A stretch of 64,000 nucleotides of DNA from a virus. The stretch covers positions 4,645-68,644 of IMG/VR virus record IMGVR_UViG_3300037628_000326; one strand, 5' to 3'. How positions within the stretch are numbered: position 1 is the first letter of the stretch; the number at the start of each line of letters is the position of its first letter. The notes under the pieces are model-generated. The model was not told the origin of the DNA. It made no database searches and saw only the letters and a program-made list of their open reading frames with translations. Shown piece by piece: positions 17,401-23,699 of this stretch. The translations under genes were made by a program, and so were the position numbers.

Positions 17401-18733
17401 ATCCAAACGCATAGAATTTCAGGCTGTGCGGCTTTACGAGAAGCTCGTTCTCTTTGAGCTTGCCGGTCTCGGCATCCCAGATATCCTGGGCGATGATCGC
17501 CACCGGAGTTTGTGCTGCTACCAGTTCTGTTTCGCCCCGTCCATCAGCAGTCCCGAGCCACTCCACAAACGCATCCACCGGATGAACGCCCTCAGGTACC
17601 CGGTCGGATCCCTCCACAAATCCCCACTCTTTGGCGATCCGGTTATTCTCGATTGAATCCTGGATGCGGCCGGTGCCGGTGATCATCTGCTCAGCCGCAG
17701 CATTGCGCTCAAGATCTTCCGCGGTGGGCGGATTGCCACCACGCATACCACCGATAATCTGCCTCCTGTATTTCGGCAGTTGGCTGTCTAGCGTCTTTGA
17801 AAAACCTTCCCCCCAGTTATCCTCTTCGACGCCCTCCCAGGCCGCATCTTCAAGCTCCTGCATTTTTTGTTTGGCGCGTGGATATTTCTGCTCAAGTACT
17901 TCCTGCTTGGACGGCAACCCGAGTATTCCACCACCAGCGGCCTCAGATGTCATCTGCTCCCATGGCCTGGTCTTATATCTTTCCTGCAGTTCCGCAGCCT
18001 CTTCTGCGTCTGGACGCCGGATCATTATCGACTTGCTTGCTTTCGGCTGCTCAGACCCGAGCGCCTTCTCGAGTTCATCCAGTTCCTTTGTGAATCCCTC
18101 GCCGAACGGCAGGTCCTCACGAGACCAGTTAGCCATGGTCGGCATGCTGGGATCCTGAGCGAACAGGTAACCGCCTATGACCTGGTCGAAGCGGGACTGG
18201 CTATGCCAATCGGCGAAGCTGCGCTCCTCTGGCTCGCCACGGTCCTCGGCCTCTTGCTTGGATAGTCGGTACGATTCCTTGGCCCACTTCATGTACTCCG
18301 GACTATCGGCCGCTGCTCGCTGCAGTCTCCTGTAACGATCGGGATCGACGTTCTTCAGGTTATGCAACGACTCGCCCAGGAGCGCCTTGCCTTCGTAGCC
18401 ACTGGCGCCGGCATCCTGAAATTTCTGGTGATTGATGTAGACCGTGGGCTTTTCCGGGTCGTCGTCGAACTTGGTCTCGCCCCAGCGAAAATCGTCGGGT
18501 GCGAACTCAGTGCTCGGATCCGATGCGACATTGACACTGGACAGCAGGCGCTGACGCAGGCTCGACTCGGCACCCGGAACAGGGTCCAAGTTCTGCACAT
18601 CGAACTGGTCACCATAGGTGGCCTTCGAATAATCTCCGAACGCCACCGGCACCTGCTCGCCGTACTTCAGGCCGTTCTCGTCCTCTTCCTCTTCATCTCG
18701 AACAGGGAACTGTGCGCCATAAGTCCAAGCCAT
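5405..18733 (-). CDS. Giant polyvalent internal virion / ejected protein (4442 aa)
   Basis: Approximate modules: InPase (~16540-16180; GNYRKG...IETPAG..RSG...FDEHKV); HhH-glycosylase-like (~15890-15380; WY...KVMSFYRNL...TIDRWM...QAALW); zincin HEIAH (~14100); ART-PolyVal-like (~13560-13120); EEFQSDWHQ domain (~13065-10950); four tandem repeats (~10790-9840); zincin HETVGH (~9350); coiled coil; LPD38-like C-terminus (VNFNRKG...FYNASIQG...IPLPYGY). Confidence 0.85.
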   Translation of the reverse strand: MAWTYGAQFPVRDEEEEDENGLKYGEQVPVAFGDYSKATYGDQFDVQNLDPVPGAESSLRQRLLSSVNVASDPSTEFAPDDFRWGETKFDDDPEKPTVYINHQKFQDAGASGYEGKALLGESLHNLKNVDPDRYRRLQRAAADSPEYMKWAKESYRLSKQEAEDRGEPEERSFADWHSQSRFDQVIGGYLFAQDPSMPTMANWSREDLPFGEGFTKELDELEKALGSEQPKASKSIMIRRPDAEEAAELQERYKTRPWEQMTSEAAGGGILGLPSKQEVLEQKYPRAKQKMQELEDAAWEGVEEDNWGEGFSKTLDSQLPKYRRQIIGGMRGGNPPTAEDLERNAAAEQMITGTGRIQDSIENNRIAKEWGFVEGSDRVPEGVHPVDAFVEWLGTADGRGETELVAAQTPVAIIAQDIWDAETGKLKENELLVKPHSLKFYAFGSLDAFINMGPAMAATILTKNPMVGAAIMGSQVYGETYGAMLDRGYSPSQARSAAVFSALAETVTERISLGVLTRNNFTGLKRIFAGAGAEGIQEPITEALQIGYDVGILNDEMTMGEAFMRLVDAGIIGFGVGGGMGASVSALDRASTPAVVEESKYEQHMDALHLSMTKEAQEAEALEVLEANTELLDKVINSQLEDISTEDLAALEEQELIKINDDGTIKALPKARRRVAREQVEVNRRRKKAALRARGVSDEELDPTIEILQMEPAFHAAEVDTDLDATERQKGRGNYRKGRFTWNNIPLAIETPAGETRSGVDEQGRAWSQVMSSGYGYFPSKPGADTVEGEPTEGVDAYFGPDLNTPTVYVINQAKDPSAEAVGENFDEHKVMVGYPSLEAAIEAYQADYAPARDQQVEGISMQPAQFKAWLDLPEHTRPLTLGTREGYEKAPVFATIDETKPTAERYKMRGKKVIGMPAKAGYSLRGVDGQIQKTFDILMDSKLIPDEAWTWYEDSGRKIREIARNDPELIHDVIKILAATSQGVGVGANTTFMIKAAYQIAKGEKIDTGMYPATAVPNIETMRELETKEITNQLPGIGSKVMSFYRNLYDATYNTNLYDSDVTIDRWMVRNLGFKGDTVEGTQYDYARKVFQDATARYNAANGTNWLPRHAQAALWVHERSQDSLAKKSGAYAGKVTPVDAFAEHIEAVTARVTHEAVPSKATKEGRQVEALPREEKQELGRRQREALAENNTHVVMEALGVPLYNAATAIGGYQGMINPNEISNIVMVGGAEIDRPTVDIFSTIMQYIYTQDAVPWFRAERKAKTSEATGDFGRKYTQGINWDLQGPLNEEQETELFDALRKALGPDAGFSMVGEDQLVIIDFKDEKGVTVSGLKPAEFIEKIDKILDNIGADLGVVKSYSFGAEGNYLTHDWETDPNGQKLEAAIEDYAGTRGPPDLLERVRGWRKSAQGITRDFLKADARPRAGAAAPVPVARLDDRSATEDAVFQRFGSVDRTRDTTEELKFYDLTPVVENPEITDRLADQFGYTIEVFSFEAENFRLPRLGKKNYEEGTVWIYDPAAEHGSFKDETYTRAWRVSHEIAHGITERLMQERYGDSKRYGRLGRTMMGERGKPPKRVEVELEPLTLMQAQRAIEWEDVAFRVQRILLDKMGIRIPDSVFNQEYNVNLSDAVFRTVTGDFADAGEFGFRPSVIAPSIKAVLTGIERTEQALAEDQGREATEGIDLATYNPINDEALQESIDLQSRAPVDKPLFSVVPGVPADTKWYRGSEHEQIRLHRETGIVHASTSEKTASAFGPVSEVTLHVQNPFDYENPEHAKALKAQFRTNAQLMKFAQALDVVHGGKRTWLGGEGTMDDVREYFNVGLEMGNYQTLESPAVLEAIRGMGHDSVYMVEDDFGPKGIAVFDAALMSRDAPLFATIEDEVFPGFYSGLARAARNLKQEKGTGKQMLAMLTKMPGVKAEELDWTGVPEYLRAKETVTKDQLIAFIDANGVRIEETTLGYRGRGRGDMPEDVDWKRVQDAYEAGEIGGVMDLKDSVHDIGANTLTDEQMEVIEDKGDEYVTWESMTEGQKNQFSRIVYKVDATGAATLGTEYGGDSVSLPGGKNYREILLRLPEKSIDRPTVSTATGWPTDAAVRDLDRQMREKFNEGMDVEQRDLLTGGSSVEILGMLDDWEARLGLDVTMARSQIHRPVSMTVLQLEQGPGTDDLSDLIITELQDTPLADSEWGWVREDARFEFENLDADQYDQVYELSRRHGVAVVSGAPEETVPRPDKVNGTIQFPPGYSQDTWELVNKKLYEIGLTDQNATWEDEALQFYIDGVSPQMLDRITYAIRPYGLAALQAPTTTPPVKQAPAGRRPIETYHAAHWGSYANILASIRVDDRIGEDGERIMFVEEFQSDWHQQGRTSGYRDRPKGIMPERDDLKAIKKPLTDTADYWEIRTKVGQFVVNITATDGVLPDEDAAIDEGYQRLTQEQEIRTRIEREERGAVPDAPFKGNAWAELAIKRVMRLAAEEGYDSVAWTTGEQQAERYSLSRVLNTIKVLPAALEGRPDVRIVWLDPHMGNSIQLHVTADGMIDGSDQAEFDKKKLSEVVGTPMAKQIMETEESLEIAAENLDVGGQGMKSFYDRTIRNLVSKVVKKLDKGVKTSSTRIDTSEGRGGPYTVGRWPGSPPPGTPVVQVARVQHAQMADLAAAARPIDEADYGTDRQITAQNNFTYTLQQILSPEKWENFEDYAHRATPEEMVSYGMQLAAEDAPPVIVTHGEMGQLGLLAENARPRNAADEDSVRQQAAQTAFFDELYEYISEDQMSVLDDISSDRDQGQLELIDTGLSMVVGQSPDVEAPAAPRTVISDEDYSRVQVAGRAARPTETADEGSTEQNEAFDRFTKLLEEVLPTYAWETWEEDTDAEHVSVYDAIKLGIALAEEEAFSITPEAVARLENTAQNARRIDDEDPDSQRARTSMEAFSAELNDLLPRLSWERWVDREPRSVGDDIDAGLRMARMFAGMPDAAVSAPVRVVGDQWGIKNKADEWTGPYSSEEEAIEGAAKRDLEDLEAVHLVDISDQMRERLITDGLSLFAVSRQPAAGVPIANLQSVISEILDLYPGSPNVKIAPTEAHLPRRQLLEIKHAGMEGRIGGMFDPETGDVYLIAGNLRNMKQAVEIYLHETVGHYGVRSILGAEYDTIMDQVWKSHKQKVMAAARRNGLDVRIPSQRRIAAEEFIAYRAQRVLAGQKLPAREASLLQRLVEAIRIAIARLRGVQMSDADIQRLIRKARMFVATPANKSPGLLPARKAPVMFANLWKAINNDRVSNSGSAAMYRKELNAQIRAGNITEADAEPLVFYLAEAAYIDKAGLLNQIRELGNRVAFHVDEYNGRADAIESGDLFENFTIEEGSKTSRAWNYLVYKAQDKFIDLLNVQKAIELQTGRPISEEVDTYLAEELFHGRVKSRVDHFEKDYIRPLTEAIDDSEYTWDEVEWFLYARHAPEANRRLYRINRSGALRRARDRVKKKAEAKLENRIIRIDENKAKQRNKIEADHTQRLAVIESEYRSQMRRSKERQKKRREGIEAAKVRKIQRAESRKNQRIAQLESKYKYVRADYELTYQAEIEEADVSFREREQERVKEDPGLLALSGMSNADAAFAMEALREKGDISQLEAIASRVDSMTARNREIMVNEGLEEQSTIDAWEKAYNHYVPLKGWKDGPMNTTFFPKKGKGYDTGGKLNQRRLGRRSMAANILANIVAQHQSTVVMAEKAKVGRTLLKMVQENPNPDLWTANQIETKKRLDPKSGLVVTAVDPTYKLRDNVLRVKIEGKDYHITFNEESDVAMRIATSMKNLSSQEMNWMFTSLLKLNRILSAVNTSYNPEFIVSNLVRDLQTAMINLNSTDAQNMKMAILKDVFKAHRGIRRFLELPSFKDPESADYWREQFEEYRDLGGQVGWLDNYKDVQDLEQSLYRQMQDKSSGTMSWSMLRKLGRFIEAENQAVENAVRLSAFKHAKTAGLSPRKSASLAKNLTVNFNRKGEIGTQLNAVYLFYNASIQGMAVMYKAAKSPKVRKVMYGIVAFAATLEILNRFMAGDDDDGENRYDKIPAWVKERNMIIMIPERFRSQSPDDFTEHYITIPLPYGYNMLHVLGQKIGGIIDYTGIGNKREWSPLEDTFEILAAALGSFNPIGTGPTPLQTISPTILSPFVQISENIAWHGGPVMPEANKYDPAPEPESQQYYRSVPKHAIALAEFLNKLGGGTKARPAPISPLDISPETIQLIEDFATGGLGRFVTNSIELGVMAQEGEIDWRKVPFARRFVGTTDERAVSNRYYENRTKIEYAVQEIKVAEEELKLSGTQAERADAIKNRARIFEQYRADAALKTALRLVQTGLTDLNALRKAVRQSKRDDDWKKEKEEQIELRKTKLMNKFNQRYNQIMEKRRQRREETAMNPQLPGKQRLAAVQQFNKAGYPATANLIRLLPVNPGADFVERLNA

Positions 18734-18735
18734 AA

Positions 18736-20106
18736 TTACCGCACCAGTTGACTCTCAGATACCTTGGTCGCCTTACCGTTCTTCAGCATCCAGTATTCGG
18801 TGATGCCGGCGTCATTCGTGATTGCCGTGGCAATTCCCTCGACCAGTCTTGATTCATCAGGGACTGCTCCATCAGAGGAATTGCCAGCCATAAACGAATC
18901 CGCATACTCAGCAATCAGCCTGCGCTTCATAGTCAGCCGCTCTTCGGTGTCGGCCAAGTTGTAGTCCGTGTCTTTGAGTAATTCCGGAACAGCAAGCTTG
19001 GTCGCGTCGCGAACTGCCTCAGCCCGAGTGTAATTCTTGACACGATTCGCATACTCCAGCCCGTCCGACTTGGCCTTCCAGAGGTCCGTGCCTGTCTTCG
19101 GCGTGCCGTCCGGCCATGTGCTGTGGACCGCCATGTACATGTTCATGCGAACCTCACTGTCGAGGCGCCGCTGCTTATTCGCAATCGCGTCCTTGTGGGC
19201 CTTCTGCGGCTTGCCATTGACCATGACACGACGGCCTTCATCGGTCTGGGCGTTGTAGGTAAACCAGTAGCCATCTTCTCCGATGTAATTCTCGAATGTT
19301 CCGATAGGCTTATCGAGTGCTACCTGCACACGCTGCCGCTCAAGTGACAATCGCTCAAGGGTGGCCGACCGATCAAACTTCTTATCAAGCCTACCTTCTG
19401 CTCGCTCCTGGGCAGCAATCCGCCGCTCTTCTGCCTGCGCTAAGCGCTGCTCATGCTCGACATCACGTTGCCTGCCAGTAGCCATAGCCGCCTTGGCTGA
19501 TCGGCCGACCGCCTCGAATGAACTCAATTCTGCCGGCGCCGACGCCAGGTTCAGCCCGAACTCGAGCAGGAACTCGCCAATCTTTTCTTTCTTGGTACCG
19601 CGGGGCGGTGGCCTCCCAGTCTGCTGCTCGTAAAGGTCCTCCACGGACCTGCCAGTATTTTGCTCAAGGAGATCAATCACCTTCGAGATCGATTCGGGAT
19701 CCGCTTCCTTGTACATGTCGCCAAACCCCATCTGCGGCGGCCCCTCGTCTTTGCGCGGCTTCGGTGCTACGCCAGTCGTCGCCGGCTGAGTGGCCGGAGG
19801 CGCTGCTCCTGGTGCCGGCGGTTGCATGAATGGCATATCGAATGCCGCTGGCTGTGCCCCTTGAGCCGTCGCCAACTGTTCTGGCGTGGGTTCAGGAGCA
19901 AACGCGCCCGAGTAATCAGTTGCCCCTTGCGGAAAGGCCGCCTGCGGTGGCGCCGCTGCAGGCTGTGGTCCAAACGCCGGCTGCGGCGCACCAGGTGCAC
20001 CGGGCGTTCCAGGTATTGCCGCTGGTGGTATGCCTTGCCCTGGTCCGGCAAGCGCCTGCAGCGTGCGGGAATTCGCCTCAATCCATTGCTCTAATTGCTG
20101 TCCCAT
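18736..20106 (-). CDS. Putative internal virion/ejection protein
   Basis: Pro/Ala/Gln-rich N-terminus and coiled coil; lies between the pilot protein and the giant protein. Confidence 0.65.
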   Translation of the reverse strand: MGQQLEQWIEANSRTLQALAGPGQGIPPAAIPGTPGAPGAPQPAFGPQPAAAPPQAAFPQGATDYSGAFAPEPTPEQLATAQGAQPAAFDMPFMQPPAPGAAPPATQPATTGVAPKPRKDEGPPQMGFGDMYKEADPESISKVIDLLEQNTGRSVEDLYEQQTGRPPPRGTKKEKIGEFLLEFGLNLASAPAELSSFEAVGRSAKAAMATGRQRDVEHEQRLAQAEERRIAAQERAEGRLDKKFDRSATLERLSLERQRVQVALDKPIGTFENYIGEDGYWFTYNAQTDEGRRVMVNGKPQKAHKDAIANKQRRLDSEVRMNMYMAVHSTWPDGTPKTGTDLWKAKSDGLEYANRVKNYTRAEAVRDATKLAVPELLKDTDYNLADTEERLTMKRRLIAEYADSFMAGNSSDGAVPDESRLVEGIATAITNDAGITEYWMLKNGKATKVSESQLVR

Positions 20107-20115
20107 GATTTTCTC

Positions 20116-21120
20116 CTATGCGACTTGGACGGGCTGGTAAGCGCCAGGGGTGTAAGGCTGCTGCGGGAAAGCAGGCGAGTATGGGTCTTGCGGTGGAGGC
20201 GGAGGCCCGTAGCCTGGCGCGTTGTATCCACCGCCTGCGCCGGTACCGCCCTGTTGGACCGGATCGATCGGTGTATCGGTTGCGCTCTCCGACGGCTTGC
20301 CGCCAAAGAATGCGCTTGCTGCCACCGATGCCACTGAAAGCACCGCATCGAACATGCTCTTCTTGGCGGTCTGCGTCGTGGTCTTGGTGTAGGGAACCGT
20401 CGACAACGTCTCGAGCAGCGGACCCAGGTTGGTGATATCCCAGTCACGCGCTTCGATGAACTGCTGGTAATCGAAGTCAAGGCCTGCCTGTTCCAGCTGG
20501 CGCTGCATTCCGCCGGTCGTCATCAGGGTACCGATGTCATCCATCAGTTGTCGCTGACCCTGTGCGCCAGTCGCCCGGAACTGCTCGGCACCCCTGGCGA
20601 ATGCGTCCCTGTCGGCGTTGAACTGTTCACGGGCCGACTCAAAGGCCTGCTGGTAGCCGCGGCCGTACAGATCGCCGATCGCCTCCAGGCCGCCGCGGCG
20701 GCCTTCGGCCTCGGCAATGCCGTGACGAGCGCCACCAAACGCGCCCTGCATGCCGGCTCTGCCGCTGATGCCTTGCTGCTGCCTGGCGATTTCCTCGCGA
20801 AGCTCGCGTGCTGCCGGATCCAGCGCGCCCGAGATGTAGGGACTCATGTAGCCTTCCATGTCGGCATCGGTAAATGCCGTCGCACCCTGCTCGGTTAGCT
20901 CACGCGCCCGCTCCAGGTCTGGCCGCCAGGCACCCTCTTCTTGCATGGCAAGCTCTGCAGCACGCTGCTCCGCCGGGGAAAGATCAGCAAAGCGCTGACC
21001 TTCGTACGGCGTGTACTCCCGCTCAGCTATTCCTTTGGCAAGCTCTACCGCTTGCTGACTACCTGACTCAAGCCACTCGGGAATTTCTTGCGTCGTCGTC
21101 TGTTTCTTGGTCCTGCTCAT
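20116..21120 (-). CDS. DNA pilot/ejection protein
   Basis: TTTQEIPEWL...YTPYEGQRFA...YMSPY...GAFGGARHG; Gln/Ala/Gly-rich helical protein typical of podovirus ejection proteins. Confidence 0.75.
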   Translation of the reverse strand: MSRTKKQTTTQEIPEWLESGSQQAVELAKGIAEREYTPYEGQRFADLSPAEQRAAELAMQEEGAWRPDLERARELTEQGATAFTDADMEGYMSPYISGALDPAARELREEIARQQQGISGRAGMQGAFGGARHGIAEAEGRRGGLEAIGDLYGRGYQQAFESAREQFNADRDAFARGAEQFRATGAQGQRQLMDDIGTLMTTGGMQRQLEQAGLDFDYQQFIEARDWDITNLGPLLETLSTVPYTKTTTQTAKKSMFDAVLSVASVAASAFFGGKPSESATDTPIDPVQQGGTGAGGGYNAPGYGPPPPPQDPYSPAFPQQPYTPGAYQPVQVA

Positions 21121-21652
21121 AGCGTGGTGCCCTCACAAAATTACCACCGCCATTGACATACCCGAGACCCGTCATGAATTTGTTCTTGAGGCCGGTCTGC
21201 TGGCCGCTCAGCATGCCGACAACCATCGGCATTCTGGGCTTCGCCTTGTCGTTCCATGGGTTGATGTCCGCATCAGCCCATTTCTCGACAGCCTTCAGCA
21301 ACATGATCGCGATATCCGAATCGCGAAACTGCGGCAATACATAGAACCATTCATTGACCAGACCGAAATCAAAACTCCACTCCGCCATCTGGGTCGCATG
21401 CATTCCAATAGCGCCGAGCAACCGTCCATCGAGATCGGCAACGTAGACGACTCCGGCCTTTGTCATACCTCTGACATGATCGGAAACCATCTGCTTGCCA
21501 AGCTCACCCTCGGGTACGCTCGGATAATAGATAAGCTGGTCCTTCTCTTCTCGAGCCTGGATCAGCATCTTAGTGAGATTGACGACGTCATACGCGACCG
21601 CTCTCCGAATAAGCAGCTTTCGTGCCTGCTCAATTTGTTCGCTCTTTTCCAT
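21068..21652 (-). CDS. GNAT-family acetyltransferase-like virion-module protein
   Basis: IRRA...VYVA...LLGAIG...EWFYVLPQFR...LLKAVEKWA...LGY; usual position before ejection genes. Confidence 0.75.
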   Translation of the reverse strand: MEKSEQIEQARKLLIRRAVAYDVVNLTKMLIQAREEKDQLIYYPSVPEGELGKQMVSDHVRGMTKAGVVYVADLDGRLLGAIGMHATQMAEWSFDFGLVNEWFYVLPQFRDSDIAIMLLKAVEKWADADINPWNDKAKPRMPMVVGMLSGQQTGLKNKFMTGLGYVNGGGNFVRAPRYEQDQETDDDARNSRVA

Positions 21653-21685
21653 GGTGATACTCCGTACAACCCTGCTCCAAAAAAA

Positions 21686-22345
21686 CTACACCTTCGGTTT
21701 CGACTGGTCTTCCAGTCTCAGGAAGCCGTAGATGATGACATCCATCGCATCGATGCCGGTGATGTCATCCCGTACTCTAAGGACCAATTTTTGCAGCGAT
21801 CCGTTTCGAAACTCCAACCCCCACCTGAATCCGAAAGTGTCCTTGAGATCCAGTACTGGGATAATACCCTCTGAAATGAAATCTACGTTATTCGCAATGA
21901 ACGCAGTAGTCCCGTCGCCAAAAGACGGCAGGCCTGAACACAGCCGAACAATGTCGAAATTCGTTTGCAATGCGTCGGCAATGTCGACCTCACCCAATTC
22001 ATCGGTGTAGAACAGCCGCAGTCCGTTGGTCAGCGCAGCGATATTTCCGAAGTTTTGCAGCGACATATTCTGATCGACCACAATGAACGATACCCTGGTG
22101 ATGTAAAGATCCCTGTCTTGCGGTGCTTCCACAAAAAAATCGACCGGCGTCACGCTGCCGTCTACCAGCATATCCGAGTTGCCCGTCGCCGTTCCATCGT
22201 CTGTCAGGAACTGCCGAAACGGGCGCACATTCTGCTGCACACCGAACGGCGGGAACGGCCGTTCGACTACGCTCATCGCGCCTGATTTTTCAACCCCAAC
22301 CTCAGTGCGCTCAGGGCCGGAACCAATTATCTTGGTTCTGATCAA
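21686..22345 (-). CDS. Hypothetical structural protein
   Basis: 219-aa beta-rich ORF in the tail module. Confidence 0.6.
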   Translation of the reverse strand: MIRTKIIGSGPERTEVGVEKSGAMSVVERPFPPFGVQQNVRPFRQFLTDDGTATGNSDMLVDGSVTPVDFFVEAPQDRDLYITRVSFIVVDQNMSLQNFGNIAALTNGLRLFYTDELGEVDIADALQTNFDIVRLCSGLPSFGDGTTAFIANNVDFISEGIIPVLDLKDTFGFRWGLEFRNGSLQKLVLRVRDDITGIDAMDVIIYGFLRLEDQSKPKV

Positions 22346-22894
22346 TTACAGATCCTCGTAGTAGCCTCGCATTCCAACATTTGCGATACCCGTTGTGCCG
22401 ACCTCATACTGGAAAGCGATTGCGGTATCAGGCGGCAAGATTACTGCGTCATCTAAGACGACAAGCACCCCACCACCAGCCCCATGACCGGCTATCGCAG
22501 TTTCACCTTGCGAGGTTATTCCGGTCACGTTTTCCTGCAAGGCTTCAGCTTCTGCCAGGATGCCTGAACCGAAATTCAGATTAACTGGCAGTACGGCTCC
22601 GCCATCAGATGTTGGCGTACCAGTGACCTTGTGGATCTTCCAGGTTGCTGCGTTAGCGCCTCCAAGACGAGCGAGTTCGACGACGAAGAATCGGCTCTGT
22701 GAGGTATTCCTGAAATACGCCACGAACTCTCCGGCTACCGCATTGGCATCCTCAAATATCGAGTTGAAAACCCGCTGTTCATCTCGCGACACATAGAAAC
22801 TTCGCTTGCGAGATTGCGCGTCAACGAGCGCCCTACCCTGATCGTCTATAAGCAGCTTGTTGCCATCGGCTGCACTTTCAATTTCAAGTCCCAT
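22346..22894 (-). CDS. Hypothetical structural protein
   Basis: 182-aa beta-rich ORF with coupled start/stop. Confidence 0.6.
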   Translation of the reverse strand: MGLEIESAADGNKLLIDDQGRALVDAQSRKRSFYVSRDEQRVFNSIFEDANAVAGEFVAYFRNTSQSRFFVVELARLGGANAATWKIHKVTGTPTSDGGAVLPVNLNFGSGILAEAEALQENVTGITSQGETAIAGHGAGGGVLVVLDDAVILPPDTAIAFQYEVGTTGIANVGMRGYYEDL

Positions 22895-23079
22895 TACAGT
22901 GGCTCCTCAATGTGTTGGTCGTTCAGTATTCCAAGATGCAGATTCGTAATCCGAAATTCTCGGAGCGCCGCTTCCTGCTGCGAACTCAAACTTGCTATCC
23001 TTGTCGATATTGTCTCAAGCTCGACCAGGACATCAGCATTATCCTCTTTCTCGATCCCTTCAGATGTAAAAACCTTCAT
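22894..23079 (-). CDS. Small coiled-coil hypothetical protein
   Basis: ATGA/TAATG coupling with neighbours. Confidence 0.55.
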   Translation of the reverse strand: MKVFTSEGIEKEDNADVLVELETISTRIASLSSQQEAALREFRITNLHLGILNDQHIEEPL

Positions 23080-23396
23080 GCTAGTTCTGCCCCGGTGATC
23101 GTGAAGTCGACCTGGTTTGCGTTGTCTGTCTCGGCCTGGATGGAATCATTGGCAGACAGCACCCACACCTTGCCATCGGATAGCACCTCGGCAAACTCAC
23201 CTTCCCGCAGGTCAGCCCTCCCGACCTTCCTGGTCGTCGACCCGTCTCGGAGAATATAGACCACGACATCCTGCCGCGCGGAGCCATCATTGAAGACATC
23301 GAACGAACGAATGATCGTAGATACCGTCGCGGTGAATAGCGTACCCACCGTGTCCGGAAGCTGACCATCTGCAAGTGACGCTCCAACATAGGGCAT
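23076..23396 (-). CDS. Conserved tail-associated small beta protein
   Basis: TLFTA...IIRSFDVFN...WVLSANDSIQA...ITGAE pattern, frequent downstream of nozzle genes. Confidence 0.65.
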   Translation of the reverse strand: MPYVGASLADGQLPDTVGTLFTATVSTIIRSFDVFNDGSARQDVVVYILRDGSTTRKVGRADLREGEFAEVLSDGKVWVLSANDSIQAETDNANQVDFTITGAELA

Positions 23397-23699
23397 TTAC
23401 ATTCCCCACTCGAGGAAGGAATCGGACTCGTCCTGACCCTCGAGGACGGCAATCCTGATTTCGTGATCAGCCAGGGTTATGCCGATCGCGGCAAGCGCAG
23501 CCGTCAACCCGGTGATCGCGCTGATCGGGTGCGCGTCAGGTGCATCACGGCCAGGCAGATCGTTGTGTTGAGTAGCAAGAAGCGTCGTGAGTACCGCCTG
23601 CGTCGAACCAAACTGACGTACGAGATCGTCGACCAGGGCACGCATCTTGTAGACATCGTAGTCCGGCTCGAACTGTACAGTGGTAAAGGGAAAAGCCAT
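23397..23699 (-). CDS. Tail needle/fibre-like small protein
   Basis: HNDLPGRDAPDAHPISAITGL His-containing fibre motif plus heptad DHEIRIAVLE. Confidence 0.6.
   Translation of the reverse strand: MAFPFTTVQFEPDYDVYKMRALVDDLVRQFGSTQAVLTTLLATQHNDLPGRDAPDAHPISAITGLTAALAAIGITLADHEIRIAVLEGQDESDSFLEWGM

Noticed and set aside
5601-18751. Many long + strand and alternate-frame ORFs (up to 328 aa) overlapping the giant gene
   Set aside because: Antisense or shadow ORFs expected in GC-rich coding DNA; no motifs or RBS.
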